Origin: a virus
Lineage: Duplodnaviria; Caudoviricetes
Length of the DNA stretch: 64,000 nucleotides
IMG/VR virus record: IMGVR_UViG_3300046004_001292
Location: 1,395-65,394 of that record
Reading direction: 5' to 3' (one strand)
Below the pieces are notes generated by a model that saw only the letters and a list, made by a program, of their open reading frames with translations, searched no databases and was not told the origin of the DNA. The position numbers and the translations under genes were made by a program. Below are positions 43,544 to 53,530 of this stretch, in pieces; position 1 is the first letter of the stretch; the number at the start of each line of letters is the position of its first letter.

Positions 43544-46089
43544 TGATCAGATTTTCCAGTTGGTTTTTGGGACTGGGCCAGCAGCTGCGCGGCGCGCAGT
43601 CGCTGCTCCGCTTGGCTCTTGGCGACATCGACGCCAATCTTCAGGCCTGCTTGGCGCTCGGCCGCGTCGGCTTTGGCTTTGCTTTCCTGAATCTGTGCAC
43701 CCACGCGCAGGGACTCCAGCTCCAACTGGCCGCTGACTTTCTCCTGCTCGAGCTCTTGCTTGTCGGAGGTCGCAGCTGCGTTGATGGCCATCTGCTGCTG
43801 CTTGAGTTGAAACTCCTGCTGGGCCAACTGCATCTTGGCCATCTCCACTTGGCTCTTGACCTGCACTTCTTGCTGCTTGATCTGCAGCTCCTGCATCTGC
43901 ATCTGCAACACGGGGTCCTGCATCTGCTGCTGGGCCTGCGCCTGCTGGGCCTGCGCTTGGCTTTGCTGCACCACCTGCTGCGCGGCCTGCGCCATCATGC
44001 CGGACAGGGCGATCTCGATCTCCGGTGGCAGCTTGTCGTCCTCGGGTGGCAGGGGCATACCCAACTGAGCCTCGATCTGCTGGCGCATCTTGAAGCCCAA
44101 GTGCTCGGAGATGTGTGCCTGCATCTCCGCCATGATCTTCTGGGCCTGCGGGTTCTGGCCAATCACCTGCGCAACCATGGGGTCCTGCATCATCATGTTG
44201 TGCACGGCCATGTGGGCGTCGTGGTTCTGGTGCAAGAAGGCCTTGACTGGCTTGCCGCGCAGGATGGCTTGGTTCTCGGACACGGGGTCCACCGGCTTCA
44301 TGTCGTCTTCGATCGGCACGAGCTTGTTGGCTTCCTTGATGCCCAACACCTCCAGCATGCCACGGTGCAGCGCGGGCAGGTCGTAGATGTCCGGTGCCAT
44401 CTGGGCCATCTGGATCACCGCTTGGTACTGCACCACGCGCTGGCTCAAAGTGGCCGCGTTGGGGTCCGACACTGGCAGGATGTCGACATGTCGGTAGTCC
44501 GCCGCCTTGGCGCGCGGGCCCTCTTCGCCGTCGGGCTCGTACGAGTACTCGTCGTCCGTGTAGTCGCGGATGATGGCTGCCAACAACTGCAGCTCTTCCT
44601 TGAGGGCGTAGTGCACACGCGCCTGCACGGCAGTCATCACTTTCAACTGGCGCTCAAGCAGCGCCAGCGTGGAGCCCACGGGTGCGTTGGCACCCATGTC
44701 GCTGATCTTCATGTCGGCTGTCGCGGCGAACCGGCGACCTTCCTCGACCACGTTGCCCAGCAGCGCCATGAGAACTTGGCTCGGCTCCTTGTAGGGCAGC
44801 GGCATGATGTTGTCGCGGATGGCACCGGAGCCCACGTCCACGTCGCGCCACTCGCCCGGGGCGATCGGAGTGTCATCTCCCTTGATGCGCAGGCCGCGAG
44901 TCTTCAGGCCACCGGGCAAGTTGGACAACGTGCCGGAGTCGATCAACTGACGCATCAAACTGGTGGCCGACTTGGCGAACCCGCCGATCAGGTGGAACAG
45001 GCCAAAGCCATACGCACCAAAGCCGGGGATGTACTGGTAGTGCACAAAGTGCTGGCGCTTGAGCCTGAGCGGGTCGTCTTCGCGCCAGTTGCGGCGCACG
45101 GACAGCACTGTGTTGGTCCCCCGGATGAAGGTCACCACGTACGGCAGCGCGATGCCGGTGGGCTCGCCATCGTCCTCGTCCTCGAACCCTTTGAGGTCCA
45201 AGTCCACGTGGCACTCGTACAGCGTGAAGCGCTCGTCGTTCAGATCGCTGAACCCGGTCTCCTTGTCCTTGGCCTTGTTGATCTCGTCGATGGCCTTGTC
45301 GGGGTCACCCAGATCGGTGTCCACATAGAACCCGGCCTGCTGCAGTTTGATGATCTCGTTCTTGGTCTTGCGCATCACGTGTGTGACGCGGTAGCACGAC
45401 TGTATGTCTGAGGTGCCGTAGGGCAGCAAGATGTCCTCGGCCGGGATGAAGACCGACACCTGACGGTCAAGGCTGGGGTCAAAATAGACCTTCTTGAACG
45501 CCGAGCCGGTGGCCGGGAGGCTCCACAGCATGCGCTCGTGCTCCGCGCGGAACTCCTTCATCACCTCCGTGAGCTGGAAGTTCATGTCGGCTGCCACGCG
45601 CTGCGCGGCCTCCTTCTTCTCGGAGGTCTCCTTGCCCACGATCTTGGTGCGCACCGGGCCAGCGGCCGGGAACGTCTCGGTGATGGTCTCTGACTGGAAC
45701 CTGACAACAGCCTCGGTGATCATCGGGTGAAACACCCCGCTGGCCCCGTTCCACGGCTCCGTGCGCTCCTCCATGTTCAGGCCCAAGAGCTTGAGGCCCT
45801 CGGTGTAGGCCTTCTCCCAGTCTTTGCGGCTGCCGCGATCGTTGTCAATGTCGCTGGACAAGTCCCCCGCCACCGTGGTCAGCGCGCCCTCGGCCATGTA
45901 CTCGGCCAAGTTGGCGTCAAAGTCATCGGCCGAAGGCTCGGCCTTGGCGATCTCGAGCTCCATGTCGCCCATGTCGATGCGCACGGCTTCCGGGTCTACG
46001 ATCTCAATCTCGATGGGGTCCAGCCCTTCGGCGGCTGCCGCAATGCCCGTGGGCTGCTGGAACAGCGCCTTGTCGATATTCGTGGCCAT
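43540..46089 (-). CDS. Portal protein with long Q-rich C-terminal coiled coil
   Basis: Directly downstream of TerL; GSAFKKVYFD and YGFGL..LIG motifs; P22-like barrel tail. Confidence 0.88.
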   Translation of the reverse strand: MATNIDKALFQQPTGIAAAAEGLDPIEIEIVDPEAVRIDMGDMELEIAKAEPSADDFDANLAEYMAEGALTTVAGDLSSDIDNDRGSRKDWEKAYTEGLKLLGLNMEERTEPWNGASGVFHPMITEAVVRFQSETITETFPAAGPVRTKIVGKETSEKKEAAQRVAADMNFQLTEVMKEFRAEHERMLWSLPATGSAFKKVYFDPSLDRQVSVFIPAEDILLPYGTSDIQSCYRVTHVMRKTKNEIIKLQQAGFYVDTDLGDPDKAIDEINKAKDKETGFSDLNDERFTLYECHVDLDLKGFEDEDDGEPTGIALPYVVTFIRGTNTVLSVRRNWREDDPLRLKRQHFVHYQYIPGFGAYGFGLFHLIGGFAKSATSLMRQLIDSGTLSNLPGGLKTRGLRIKGDDTPIAPGEWRDVDVGSGAIRDNIMPLPYKEPSQVLMALLGNVVEEGRRFAATADMKISDMGANAPVGSTLALLERQLKVMTAVQARVHYALKEELQLLAAIIRDYTDDEYSYEPDGEEGPRAKAADYRHVDILPVSDPNAATLSQRVVQYQAVIQMAQMAPDIYDLPALHRGMLEVLGIKEANKLVPIEDDMKPVDPVSENQAILRGKPVKAFLHQNHDAHMAVHNMMMQDPMVAQVIGQNPQAQKIMAEMQAHISEHLGFKMRQQIEAQLGMPLPPEDDKLPPEIEIALSGMMAQAAQQVVQQSQAQAQQAQAQQQMQDPVLQMQMQELQIKQQEVQVKSQVEMAKMQLAQQEFQLKQQQMAINAAATSDKQELEQEKVSGQLELESLRVGAQIQESKAKADAAERQAGLKIGVDVAKSQAEQRLRAAQLLAQSQKPTGKSDQ

Positions 46090-46103
46090 GATTTAAATCT
46101 TTC

Positions 46104-47633
46104 TTAGTAGTACGCCGCCCGGCGGGATGCGTAGAAGCGCTCTTCTTGCTCGTCGGTGTCCAGCGGGATGAACCCGCCCCGGCGAAAGCGTAACAGCGCC
46201 TGAGATGTGGTGTCAACGAAGTCATCGTTCTCTCCGTTGGGAAAGGATGCGACCTCCTCGATCACCTCGCGGGCCCACCGCTTGTCCGGTGCCCAGACCG
46301 AGCCAGAGGCAAACAGGTCAGACACCGCGTTGAGCCGGACGATTTTATCGTTGCCCCGGCTGGGGCTGAACTCCTCGACCGGGATGCCCACGGCCCTGAG
46401 TTCTTGGATCAGCGGCGCGCCAGCGGCCTTCTTCTCCACAATGAACGCGTCGGGCTCCCACTCCTTGTAGTGCTTGAGCGCGATCACCTTGAGCTCCGGG
46501 AAGGCCATGCGGTCCTTGAACGCGTCCAGCAAGATGACCTGCGCCTTGTCGTTCTCTTCCTCGTTGTAGAACACCCCCCACGTGGTGCACGCGGAATAGT
46601 CAGCCGTGTTGCTGGTCTCAAACGCCGTGTCCCAGCTCTGGATGATGTAGTCGCAGCGCGGCGGCTCGTCTTTCTCCCACACGCGCCACGACTTGCGCGA
46701 GATGATGGCTGCGTTGTTGCTGGTGGGCTGCTGCATGTACTGGGCGTTCCAGTACTGGGGGTCGATCGACGCCTTTGTCGCCTTGAGGGTGGCCAGCGGC
46801 CACTGCTCGGGCCACAGGGACTTCTCGTTCTCCGTGTCCTCGTGCAAGATGGCCGGAAGCTCCACGATCTCCCACGGCTCGGACGCCGGGTTCTTGGCCT
46901 GATAGTCAATCAAGCGCCCTGTCAGGTCCAGCTTGCCCCAGCGCGTCATCACGATGATGATCGCCCCGCCCGGCATCAGTCGCTGGAGCGGGCCCGTCTG
47001 GAACCAAGACCACGCAGTGTCGAAAGCCAGCCGTGAGTTGGCCTTGACGTCCTGCTCCGAGTGAGGATCGTCAATAACGAACAGATCAGCACCACGACCA
47101 GCAAGAGCGCCCCCTACGCCTGCGGCGTAGTATTGGCCCCCGGCTGAAGTGCTCCACTTGCCTGCCGCTTTTTGATCGTCTGCCACCAGCGTTCGGGGGA
47201 AAAGGCCATGGTAATCCTCGTCAGCGAGCAAATTTCGCACCCGTCGGCCGAAATCTTCCGACAAACCAGCGGTGTGGGTGCCCATGATGATCTTCTTCTC
47301 GGGGAAATTGCCCAAAAAGAAGGCAGGAAACAGGTACGAGCTGAATTCTGACTTGCCCATACGCGGCGCGATGTTGATGATCACCCGTTTCTTGGTCCCG
47401 GCGATCACTTCCGCGAAGATTTTGGCCAGTTTTCTGTGGTGGGGGCCGATTTTGAAGCCCGGGTACACCGCTTTGGCAAACTCGATCATGTCCGACCGGG
47501 CCAAATTCTTCTGCTTGTGCGCCTGTGCCTTGTCCAGCAGCTCCAACGCCTCCAGCTTCTCGGCCGCAGACAGCTTGCCGAGGTTTTTGAACAGCGCCTG
47601 CGCTTGCTCAGGCGTCAATGTCGCTGGTGTCAT
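46104..47633 (-). CDS. terL: Terminase large subunit
   Basis: APRMGKS Walker A, VIDDP Walker B, MTRW; nuclease motifs QSWDTA and NDDFVD. Confidence 0.95.
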   Translation of the reverse strand: MTPATLTPEQAQALFKNLGKLSAAEKLEALELLDKAQAHKQKNLARSDMIEFAKAVYPGFKIGPHHRKLAKIFAEVIAGTKKRVIINIAPRMGKSEFSSYLFPAFFLGNFPEKKIIMGTHTAGLSEDFGRRVRNLLADEDYHGLFPRTLVADDQKAAGKWSTSAGGQYYAAGVGGALAGRGADLFVIDDPHSEQDVKANSRLAFDTAWSWFQTGPLQRLMPGGAIIIVMTRWGKLDLTGRLIDYQAKNPASEPWEIVELPAILHEDTENEKSLWPEQWPLATLKATKASIDPQYWNAQYMQQPTSNNAAIISRKSWRVWEKDEPPRCDYIIQSWDTAFETSNTADYSACTTWGVFYNEEENDKAQVILLDAFKDRMAFPELKVIALKHYKEWEPDAFIVEKKAAGAPLIQELRAVGIPVEEFSPSRGNDKIVRLNAVSDLFASGSVWAPDKRWAREVIEEVASFPNGENDDFVDTTSQALLRFRRGGFIPLDTDEQEERFYASRRAAYY

Positions 47634-48216
47634 CAGGCGTTGGGGGTGTGGTGTTGATTTCGACGATGTCCGTCACGTCAGCGTCGGACACATCCATGAA
47701 CTTGGCCAGCTTTTCCTTGAGGCGCTTGTCGATCTCGTCCTCGGTCATGTCCGTTTTCTTGACCTCGATCTTGTCGGTGAACAGCCCCACCTCCGTGACC
47801 TTGCCCAGTAGGCCGAGCGCCTTCAAGCGGATGTTGGGGTTGGCGTTGTTGGTCTCCTCGACCAGCTTGGCCACCGTGTAACCGCGAAGTTCCTTGGCCT
47901 GCTCGATGAACTCCCAGTCGTAGGCCGTCAGCATGCCCGTGATGTGGCGCACAGCCTCTGGCGTCTTGAGCTGGACCAGCGCAGCCTTCTGCTCGGTCGT
48001 GTCGGTGTTGGTGGTCAGGGCCTGAAACGCTTTGCGCGCGTCCGCCTTCTCCAGTGCATCAATGACTTCGTCGTCCGGTGGAGCGCCCAGCTCCTGCAAC
48101 CAACTGGCGGTTGAAACCTGCGCAGCCAAGACTTCTCCCGGCTCAGCGTCGGCCAGTCTCGTCATGATCCCGGGCGGTGTTGGCTCCGGGTTGAATTGCA
48201 CCAAGTGTTCAAACAT
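47608..48216 (-). CDS. Terminase small subunit (putative)
   Basis: First late gene, upstream of terL; RLKALGLLGK..EVGLF motif. Confidence 0.7.
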   Translation of the reverse strand: MFEHLVQFNPEPTPPGIMTRLADAEPGEVLAAQVSTASWLQELGAPPDDEVIDALEKADARKAFQALTTNTDTTEQKAALVQLKTPEAVRHITGMLTAYDWEFIEQAKELRGYTVAKLVEETNNANPNIRLKALGLLGKVTEVGLFTDKIEVKKTDMTEDEIDKRLKEKLAKFMDVSDADVTDIVEINTTPPTPDDTSDIDA

Positions 48217-48279
48217 ATTGCGTAGGCCGTGTAACCTCGTTGGGCGTAATGTACACCCATTTTTGGAACGTGTGGGGCG

Positions 48280-48376
48280 TGTCTAGTGTTTGACAGGGGT
48301 TTCTTGGGTCTTTTTTAAAAAATTGGAGTGGGGCGCATTTCTTGCGCAAGGGGGTGGGTTTGTCAAAGTTTTTACA
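48280..48376. promoter_or_regulatory. Two TGTCNA-N4-TNGACA operator-like palindromes upstream of the late operon
   Basis: TGTCTAGTGTTTGACA (48280-48295) and TGTCAAAGTTTTTACA (48361-48376). Confidence 0.5.
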
Positions 48377-48508
48377 AAGTGCTGGGAGCGGGTGCCAAAC
48401 AGTGTTCTTGCAAGCTCGCCCTGTCTGCTGCATAAAGGCTTGGTGGGGGGTGGGTGGGGTCTGCGGTACGCCGTTTGCCCCTTCTGATACGTACCAAAAT
48501 ACACCCTT

Positions 48509-48517
48509 TGGTATAAT
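48509..48517 (+). promoter_or_regulatory. Extended -10 early promoter
   Basis: TGGTATAAT, followed by a hairpin-rich leader before the first early ORF. Confidence 0.65.
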
Positions 48518-48589
48518 AGAGGCATCGGTTAGGGATTGGCCCTGACCGATACGGGCCACACCGGCCCACATCATTGGAGTTACTGAATC

Positions 48590-49021
48590 ATGAACTGCTC
48601 TATCAAAACTGTAGCCGCTGGCTACGCTGCATTCCTCAAGGCTGGCACGTCATACGGTGCTGCATTACAGGCCGCTGTACGTGAGACATCCGTGTCTCAC
48701 CCTGAGTTGCTGGCAGCACTGGCCAAGGTGCACGCCAAGCACTATGCGTGCAATACGACTTGGAGCGCCAAGGGTACAGCCGTGTTTCACACTGGCCCTG
48801 AGTCAACACGTGAGACGCGTCACGTTGCTGCCCAGAAGTCTTGGAGTCGTAACGTCGGGGTTCACTTCAGCACTGGTGAGACAGCCCGGTCTCACCATCA
48901 CCAACCCGTTGCCGTGAAGCGTGCCAAGGTCAACGCCATCGTTGACGTGTGCGCTGGTTTGACCAAGGCCGAAGTCGTGGCTTTGCTGGCCGCTGTGCGC
49001 GAGACTATCAAGTTTGAGTAA
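48590..49021 (+). CDS. First early protein, hypothetical
   Basis: GGAG RBS; contains two GTGAGAC palindromes. Confidence 0.7.
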   Translation: MNCSIKTVAAGYAAFLKAGTSYGAALQAAVRETSVSHPELLAALAKVHAKHYACNTTWSAKGTAVFHTGPESTRETRHVAAQKSWSRNVGVHFSTGETARSHHHQPVAVKRAKVNAIVDVCAGLTKAEVVALLAAVRETIKFE

Positions 49022-49115
49022 CCGATTGGTTTTTTCAATCGACTCTGCATTCGAGGGGTGGCCGTTGTTCCGCCCACTGTCAACCCAGCAAAGCGCCAGC
49101 GAGCTGGCACCAACC

Positions 49116-49140
49116 GCCCGGCTTGTCCGGGCTTTCTTTT
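49116..49140 (+). terminator. Intrinsic terminator
   Basis: GCCCGG-CTTGT-CCGGGC followed by TTTCTTTT. Confidence 0.75.
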
Positions 49141-49178
49141 ATCCGTGAGACACAGCGTCTCACCACTTGGAGCACACC

Positions 49179-49370
49179 ATGAGCAACCGTAACCGTTACA
49201 CCATCAGCATCCGTGAGACTGAGCGCACCAAGCTGCGCGCCCTGCGTGAGGACTTCGTGCACCTCGCCACCGACAAAGCCTACAAGCGCAAGGTCATCGA
49301 AGAGGCTCGCGCCCGTGACGCTGCATGGGACACCTACAAGGCAGGCACACGCCAGCTCCGCTTCAAGTGA
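49179..49370 (+). CDS. Hypothetical early protein
   Basis: GGAG RBS directly after a palindrome. Confidence 0.7.
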   Translation: MSNRNRYTISIRETERTKLRALREDFVHLATDKAYKRKVIEEARARDAAWDTYKAGTRQLRFK

Positions 49371-49419
49371 AGCGATCCACCCCCGTGAGACACCGTGTCT
49401 CACGGGTCTTTGGTAACAC

Positions 49420-49735
49420 GTTGTGGAGAAACTATGCAAATTTTGCATGTCCACTGTTTACAACGCCGTGGACAACACGTGGGCGTCCTGTAACCCGCAT
49501 GGATACTAGCGTCCCACACCCACTGTCCAGAACACTACTATATATAAATAGAGATTTAGAGATATATGTATATATGTGCGTGCAAGTGGACAGAACTTAT
49601 CCCGTGGCTTTGTCCAGCTTTGCTCTTTCGGGATTTGATAGTCATGTGGGTCAGCACCCCCCGCAACCCGCATAAACAAAGGCTTTCCGCTGTCCCATTC
49701 GGGTGTCCACTTGCTTATAAGAGGTGGACAATGTA
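49420..49735. other. Candidate replication origin
   Basis: AT-rich core at about 49535-49575, flanked by seven TGTCCA/TGGACA hexamers resembling DnaA boxes. Confidence 0.45.
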
Positions 49736-49765
49736 CACTTCGTTACATCATCATTGGAGCAAACC

Positions 49766-50635
49766 ATGGAAAACTGTTATCTTTCACCTGCACCGGGCAC
49801 GCATGCCGCCATGTGTGCGACCTGCAAAAACATCAAACCACTGGCTGAGTTCAAGCGAGACCTATCCCGAGCACAGGCCAGAGCGCGGGGTTATTCAGGC
49901 AACGCCCCTGTGGAAATCGAGTCATCCATGTGCAAGGCATGCCAACCCCGCGCCAAAGGTTTGAGCGAACTCACGACCAAAGAAATCCACAACCGCGTCA
50001 ACAGCGGGGATTTGTACGCCCGCATCGCCAACGCTGAGCTGGAGAAACGCAAGATCAAGGCAACGATCAACAGGCAGATGGCCACCAGCGCCGTGTGGCG
50101 TACGGCCAAGACTGCGCCGTGGACCGAAGTCATGGCGGGAATACGCAAGGAGCTGGCATCCACGCAGCAGCAAGAGAAGCACGTCAAGAACGCTTGGCCT
50201 GACCTCGACCTTACATTCTTTTTGGAATACAAGCTGGTGCTCACCCAGACACGGGAGCGTATCAAGTTCATGTGGCAGGGCAAAGGTCTGCCACCCCAGC
50301 ACATGCAGTGGGAGAACTACATTGAGTGGGAAGAGCGCCTGCGCATCAAGCGTTTGTGGGAGACCCTGCCGCCCGAGTACCGCAAACGAGCTCGACTGCC
50401 CAGCTTGGCCACGCACGTGCCCTCACCAGACGAACGTGTGCCGCCCAAAGTGTCCTCACTGGCCAAGGACGGTAGCCCCAAGGCACGGCTTGAGCGAATC
50501 AAAGCGCGGCGCGAGGCGGGCTTGCCCATGCCCCCACCATGGCCCGAGATCAAACAGCCGGTCAAACCACCGGAGGTTTTCGTGCCTGCACCAACCACCA
50601 CGGACTGGTCAGCCATACCGTGGGAGGACATGTGA
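49766..50635 (+). CDS. Zn-finger protein
   Basis: CATC..IKPLAEF...CKAC; GGAG RBS. Confidence 0.75.
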   Translation: MENCYLSPAPGTHAAMCATCKNIKPLAEFKRDLSRAQARARGYSGNAPVEIESSMCKACQPRAKGLSELTTKEIHNRVNSGDLYARIANAELEKRKIKATINRQMATSAVWRTAKTAPWTEVMAGIRKELASTQQQEKHVKNAWPDLDLTFFLEYKLVLTQTRERIKFMWQGKGLPPQHMQWENYIEWEERLRIKRLWETLPPEYRKRARLPSLATHVPSPDERVPPKVSSLAKDGSPKARLERIKARREAGLPMPPPWPEIKQPVKPPEVFVPAPTTTDWSAIPWEDM

Positions 50636-50728
50636 TCCTTCCCCAAGGGAACGGTCATCAACCTTTCTTGAACCCGTGAGACGCAATGTCTCACAAACCG
50701 CTGCCAGTCGGCCACTGGCAAACAACTT

Positions 50729-51181
50729 ATGGAGAACGCAATCATGAACCTCAACGACATGCCCATCACAATGGCCGAACCCCAACAGCCAGCCCACGCT
50801 GTGCACCACACGCTCATCGACGCGCTGCTCAACCAGTTCACCATGCACATCGACATGCTGGTGGAGACCAAGTTCCACGCCATGCTGGCCAACCGCAACG
50901 CGCTCAAGCTCATGGACGAGGAGCTGCACAAACGCATCGAGACCATGATCGAGAACCGCATGCTCGACCACGAGGGCAGCAGCGATCACTTGGACGAAGC
51001 AAACGTGGAGCAGCTCGCCGCTGACACCGCACGTGAGACGCTGGCCGAGTACGCCCGCACGCAAAAAGGCTGGGTCACAGAGGATCAGGTCAAGGACATC
51101 ATCACCACGCAAGTGGACGAGGAGCTGGACAACATTGACTGGGACGAGAAGGTCAAAGATGTTCTGCGTGAGATGTTGTGA
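50729..51181 (+). CDS. Acidic helical hypothetical protein
   Basis: D/E-rich; probable start at 50744. Confidence 0.75.
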   Translation: MENAIMNLNDMPITMAEPQQPAHAVHHTLIDALLNQFTMHIDMLVETKFHAMLANRNALKLMDEELHKRIETMIENRMLDHEGSSDHLDEANVEQLAADTARETLAEYARTQKGWVTEDQVKDIITTQVDEELDNIDWDEKVKDVLREML

Positions 51182-51191
51182 GGAGATGGCC

Positions 51192-51344
51192 ATGCACGAA
51201 CTTGACAAGGCCATCGACGCCCTCGAAAAAATCATGCGCCATGCGTGGGACATGCTGTCGGAGAAAGACCAGACAGCGCTCGCACGTGCGTATGCCTTCG
51301 CGCTGATCCGGCGCATAGCTGACAAAGGAATGGAGAGATCATGA
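51192..51344 (+). CDS. Hypothetical protein
   Basis: GAGGAG RBS; ATGA coupling. Confidence 0.55.
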   Translation: MHELDKAIDALEKIMRHAWDMLSEKDQTALARAYAFALIRRIADKGMERS

Positions 51345-51478
51345 AACGATACACCGGGCCAGCAAAGCCCATCCCCACACACGTGAGACAACCCGTCTCA
51401 CGCTACATCACGTGCGCCATCTACACGGCGTGCACTGTCGTCCTCTTGTTGGACTTGTTTTATTGGAGAGCAGGATGA
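51341..51478 (+). CDS. 45-aa single-TM protein (not in ORF track)
   Basis: MKRYTG...CAIYTACTVVLLLDLFYWRAG*. Confidence 0.55.
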   Translation: MKRYTGPAKPIPTHVRQPVSRYITCAIYTACTVVLLLDLFYWRAG

Positions 51479-51777
51479 AAAGAATCAGCTTGTGGGCACT
51501 GCCCGCGCACATGACAGCCGCACAACCTATGGCGCTGCCGACCAAGACCGTCACGACGGTGGACTACGCCGCAGTGCTCGCGCACTTGCAGGCGCACGGC
51601 TTCATGGTGCTGCACGTACCGGTGGAGAAACTGCGCATCAACAAGTCGGGCATACACGAGGCCCCGGATGTCAAGTGCATCATCAGCGCAGCGGCCATGC
51701 GCAAGTGGCCGAAGCTCAACACGTACCGCATCGACGCCACGCGGTGGCTTATCAAACTACAAGGAGAAAGCAAATGA
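51475..51777 (+). CDS. Hypothetical protein
   Basis: ATGA coupling on both sides. Confidence 0.6.
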   Translation: MKRISLWALPAHMTAAQPMALPTKTVTTVDYAAVLAHLQAHGFMVLHVPVEKLRINKSGIHEAPDVKCIISAAAMRKWPKLNTYRIDATRWLIKLQGESK

Positions 51778-52049
51778 GATTCAAGATCAGATTCGGCAAC
51801 GCTGAGCTGTTGCTCACAGCAGAGCAGCTCGACGCCATGGTGGCCCTTGCTGAGCAGGCAGAGACCATCGAGGAGCACTACGTGGGCAAGCAGACCGGGT
51901 ACGTAGGCCACGAGAACAACTACGAGTACCGCTTCGCGCTGTTCGATACGCAGCGCAGCGCCGCAGTGCAGGTCATGTCAACACAGGAGCTAGACAAGTG
52001 GCACACACTCAACGCATACCGTCAACAAGCAAAGGAGAATGAGGAATGA
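51774..52049 (+). CDS. Hypothetical protein
   Basis: AAGGAG RBS. Confidence 0.65.
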   Translation: MRFKIRFGNAELLLTAEQLDAMVALAEQAETIEEHYVGKQTGYVGHENNYEYRFALFDTQRSAAVQVMSTQELDKWHTLNAYRQQAKENEE

Positions 52050-52375
52050 ACCACAAAGACAATCGCGGACATTTTGTCCGCAACTTCGCGGGTGACCGCA
52101 CAACAAAAGAGGAGCAAGCAATGACTGAAGAAAAGAAACCCAAGATCGCCCTCACATATGAGGAACGGCAAGCTCTGCCGATCATCCAGAAGCTACTCAA
52201 GCGCAAGCCCGAGGCGTTTGAGCTACTCATGAAGGACATGACCAAAGCCGCCGCAGTCAACGTGCTGCTGACTGCCAAGAAAGAGATGCAAGACCTGCAC
52301 CTCATGGCGCAGTCAATGGTGGCCGCTGCAGGAATCGTTGTGAAGATGGATCAACCCAAGGAGAACGAGCAATGA
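52046..52375 (+). CDS. Hypothetical protein
   Basis: RBS present; alternative start at 52121. Confidence 0.6.
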   Translation: MNHKDNRGHFVRNFAGDRTTKEEQAMTEEKKPKIALTYEERQALPIIQKLLKRKPEAFELLMKDMTKAAAVNVLLTAKKEMQDLHLMAQSMVAAAGIVVKMDQPKENEQ

Positions 52376-52542
52376 AAGCGTACACAGTACACATCCAAGC
52401 AATCGAGTTCTACACCATCGAGGTGCAGGCCAAAGACAAGGAGCAAGCCGAGGAGTACGCATGGCGCTTGTTCCCGCATCACAGCGCCAACTACGGCGAG
52501 AACAACGTGACCGACATTGAGGAGCACAAAGATGGAAAATGA
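52372..52542 (+). CDS. Small DpnD/PcfM-like protein (not in ORF track)
   Basis: MKAYTV...IEVQAKDKEQAEEYA pattern. Confidence 0.5.
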   Translation: MKAYTVHIQAIEFYTIEVQAKDKEQAEEYAWRLFPHHSANYGENNVTDIEEHKDGK

Positions 52543-53212
52543 AATCGAACAGACAGAGTTCAGCTATCAAGAACTCAGCCAACGTGCCAAGGACAAGGCG
52601 TTGCAGTGGTTCAGCGAATCGCTGGATCACGAATGGTGGGACGGTGTGTACGAGAACGCCAAAGCAGACGGGCCTGAACGTGGCTTCGAGATTGACGACA
52701 TACGCTTCTCAGGCTTCTGGTCCCAAGGTGATGGCGCATCGTGGACAGGGGGCGTGCGCATCAAAGAGTTCCTCGACTACCACCTCAAGGAAGATCACCC
52801 CGACTACGGCCGGTACTTCGTGCTGCAAGCCATCCTCAACGAGGGGTACGACTGGGTCGAGCGCTACACCAACGTCAACCGCAGCGGCTTCCACTACGTG
52901 CACGACAACATGATGCGCCTTGAGAGCATCAGCTACAGCAACCTCGAATGCCTCGACGAGGACGATGAAGAGCGCTTGCAAGAGGAAGGCCCGCTGCAAC
53001 GTGCGAACGTCTACCAACTGTACAAGGGTGCGGACATCGACCAACTGATCGACGCCCTTGAGACGTGGATACTCGAAGAGGCACAGGCCTACGCACGGCA
53101 GATATACAAAGACCTTGAGTCCGAGCACGACTACCTCACCAGTGAGGAGTCACTGATCGAAGCCGCCGAAGCCAACGGCTGGATGTTCGACGAGGACGGG
53201 GTGTTGGTATGA
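52532..53212 (+). CDS. Highly acidic conserved phage protein
   Basis: YQELS..AKDKA, FSGFWSQGDGAS, IYKDLESE.DYLTSEE and W.FDEDG motifs. Confidence 0.8.
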   Translation: MENEIEQTEFSYQELSQRAKDKALQWFSESLDHEWWDGVYENAKADGPERGFEIDDIRFSGFWSQGDGASWTGGVRIKEFLDYHLKEDHPDYGRYFVLQAILNEGYDWVERYTNVNRSGFHYVHDNMMRLESISYSNLECLDEDDEERLQEEGPLQRANVYQLYKGADIDQLIDALETWILEEAQAYARQIYKDLESEHDYLTSEESLIEAAEANGWMFDEDGVLV

Positions 53213-53484
53213 CACCAAGCGAGTGGGTCTTGGTCGCGCCGACCATCTTGACGGTAGCGGGTCTGGAGTTCACTGTACACAACCACGGCGAACACATCAT
53301 CGTGTACAACACAGACCGGCTCGGCCGCAGGCACGAGTACCACCTGTGGCCCACCACAGGTACGTGGCGACACAAACCCCCGGGAAACGAATGGGGTACT
53401 GGGACCAACCACACCCATATCAGGAAAAAGTTCGGCGGTGTGCGCGGTCTCGTGCGCTACATGCAAGAAGTTCTTACCGAGTAA
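53209..53484 (+). CDS. Hypothetical protein
   Basis: HN.G.H.I...WPTTG.W. Confidence 0.6.
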   Translation: MTPSEWVLVAPTILTVAGLEFTVHNHGEHIIVYNTDRLGRRHEYHLWPTTGTWRHKPPGNEWGTGTNHTHIRKKFGGVRGLVRYMQEVLTE

Positions 53485-53530
53485 TCAACCGTGAGACATG
53501 TCGTCTCACACAACACTAGGAGAAGCAACC

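Noticed and set aside
43459-45411. 650-aa + strand ORF opposite the portal gene (likewise 15653-17476, 19564-21381, 3386-4795, 8861-9781)
   Set aside because: These are antisense shadows of GC3-biased real genes. They have no RBS or motifs, and their H/L/V/G-rich composition is typical of reverse frames.
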